From Camelus ferus (lineage: Eukaryota), in assembly GCF_009834535.1 (NCBI RefSeq), contig NC_045732.1, positions 36,022,001 to 36,086,000 on the forward strand: a stretch of 64,000 nt of DNA, given 5' to 3'. This document shows, in pieces, positions 63,353-64,000 of the stretch (position 1 is its first letter; every line of letters starts with the position of its first letter). The notes under the pieces are model-generated. The model was given only the letters and a program-made list of their open reading frames with translations, was not told the origin of the DNA and made no database searches. Both the position numbers and the translations under genes were made by a program.

Positions 63353-64000
63353 GGAAAAGGACGTTTACTTTAGCCAGACCTGGTCAAGGGTTTTTGTGAG
63401 GAGCAATTGAAAGTCAACATCAGAACTTTCCTGTAATTAGCTGAGATATTTACACCTTTCCCTTCACAAACACACTGTTGGGAAAAGACCTTTTATATGT
63501 AGCGAGTTTTATCATTTGTGATCCAGACATGAAAAAAAAGGCTTACTTCAGCAGGAGGTCAGTGTCAGATTGCCGCCAATTGTCTAGAAATCACTTTTAT
63601 TTTAACACATGACAGCGTAACACCATCTACCAACTTCACTAACCAAATGATTGTGCTCAGAAAGTGAACACTCTCTCAAGAAAACAGTCTATGGATTATT
63701 CTTTGCAACTTAAAGGCACCACCTGCTAAAGAGAGAATTCATACCCAACACACGTTACTGGAAAATTCACTCTGTGTCAGGCACTGGGGCTAAAGTCTGG
63801 ATCATTGTCATAGAATTTTGCTGGGACGAATTAGAAAATCCGATCAGGAATCTTACACCTGACAATTAGAAGTTGTGTCAAGCTACTCTAAAGGCAGGAT
63901 TAAGCTGATAGTCATGGGATGGATAGTAACATCCAACTTTTAATCACAATTTCAGAAGCTAAATGAAACAGGTATTGCATCTGGTTTCTTTAAGAGTTTC

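Noticed and set aside
1-64000. CRISPR arrays, rRNA genes, prokaryotic operons or defence systems
   Set aside because: The sequence is mammalian. There are no regularly spaced repeat-spacer arrays or rRNA-like segments.

Overview
Mammalian genomic DNA, most likely camelid: it carries five tRNA-Ala-like SINEs of the vic-1 type and young cetartiodactyl-type L1 3' ends. The left ~50 kb reads as the long first intron and 5'-UTR region of a minus-strand gene that starts in a CpG island at ~49.8-51.2 kb. I could not identify the gene, and I found no recognisable coding exon for it. The right ~13 kb is upstream sequence containing a processed RPL12 pseudogene with poly-A and target-site duplication (TSD). 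The rest is ordinary repeat content (L1, L2, MIR, MaLR/ERVL LTRs, hAT MITEs, microsatellites) plus five N-runs. I see no convincing novel biological system. The best leads are modest: opposite-strand splice donors in the CpG island with an L1-orientation flip across it, several candidate unannotated exons (an 18-nt microexon, a uORF/stop-start exon, an MGNIFA-starting exon, two antisense exons), and an unexplained diverged direct repeat at 4.7/6.7 kb. Repeat subfamily names come from recalled consensus similarity, and their boundaries are approximate.
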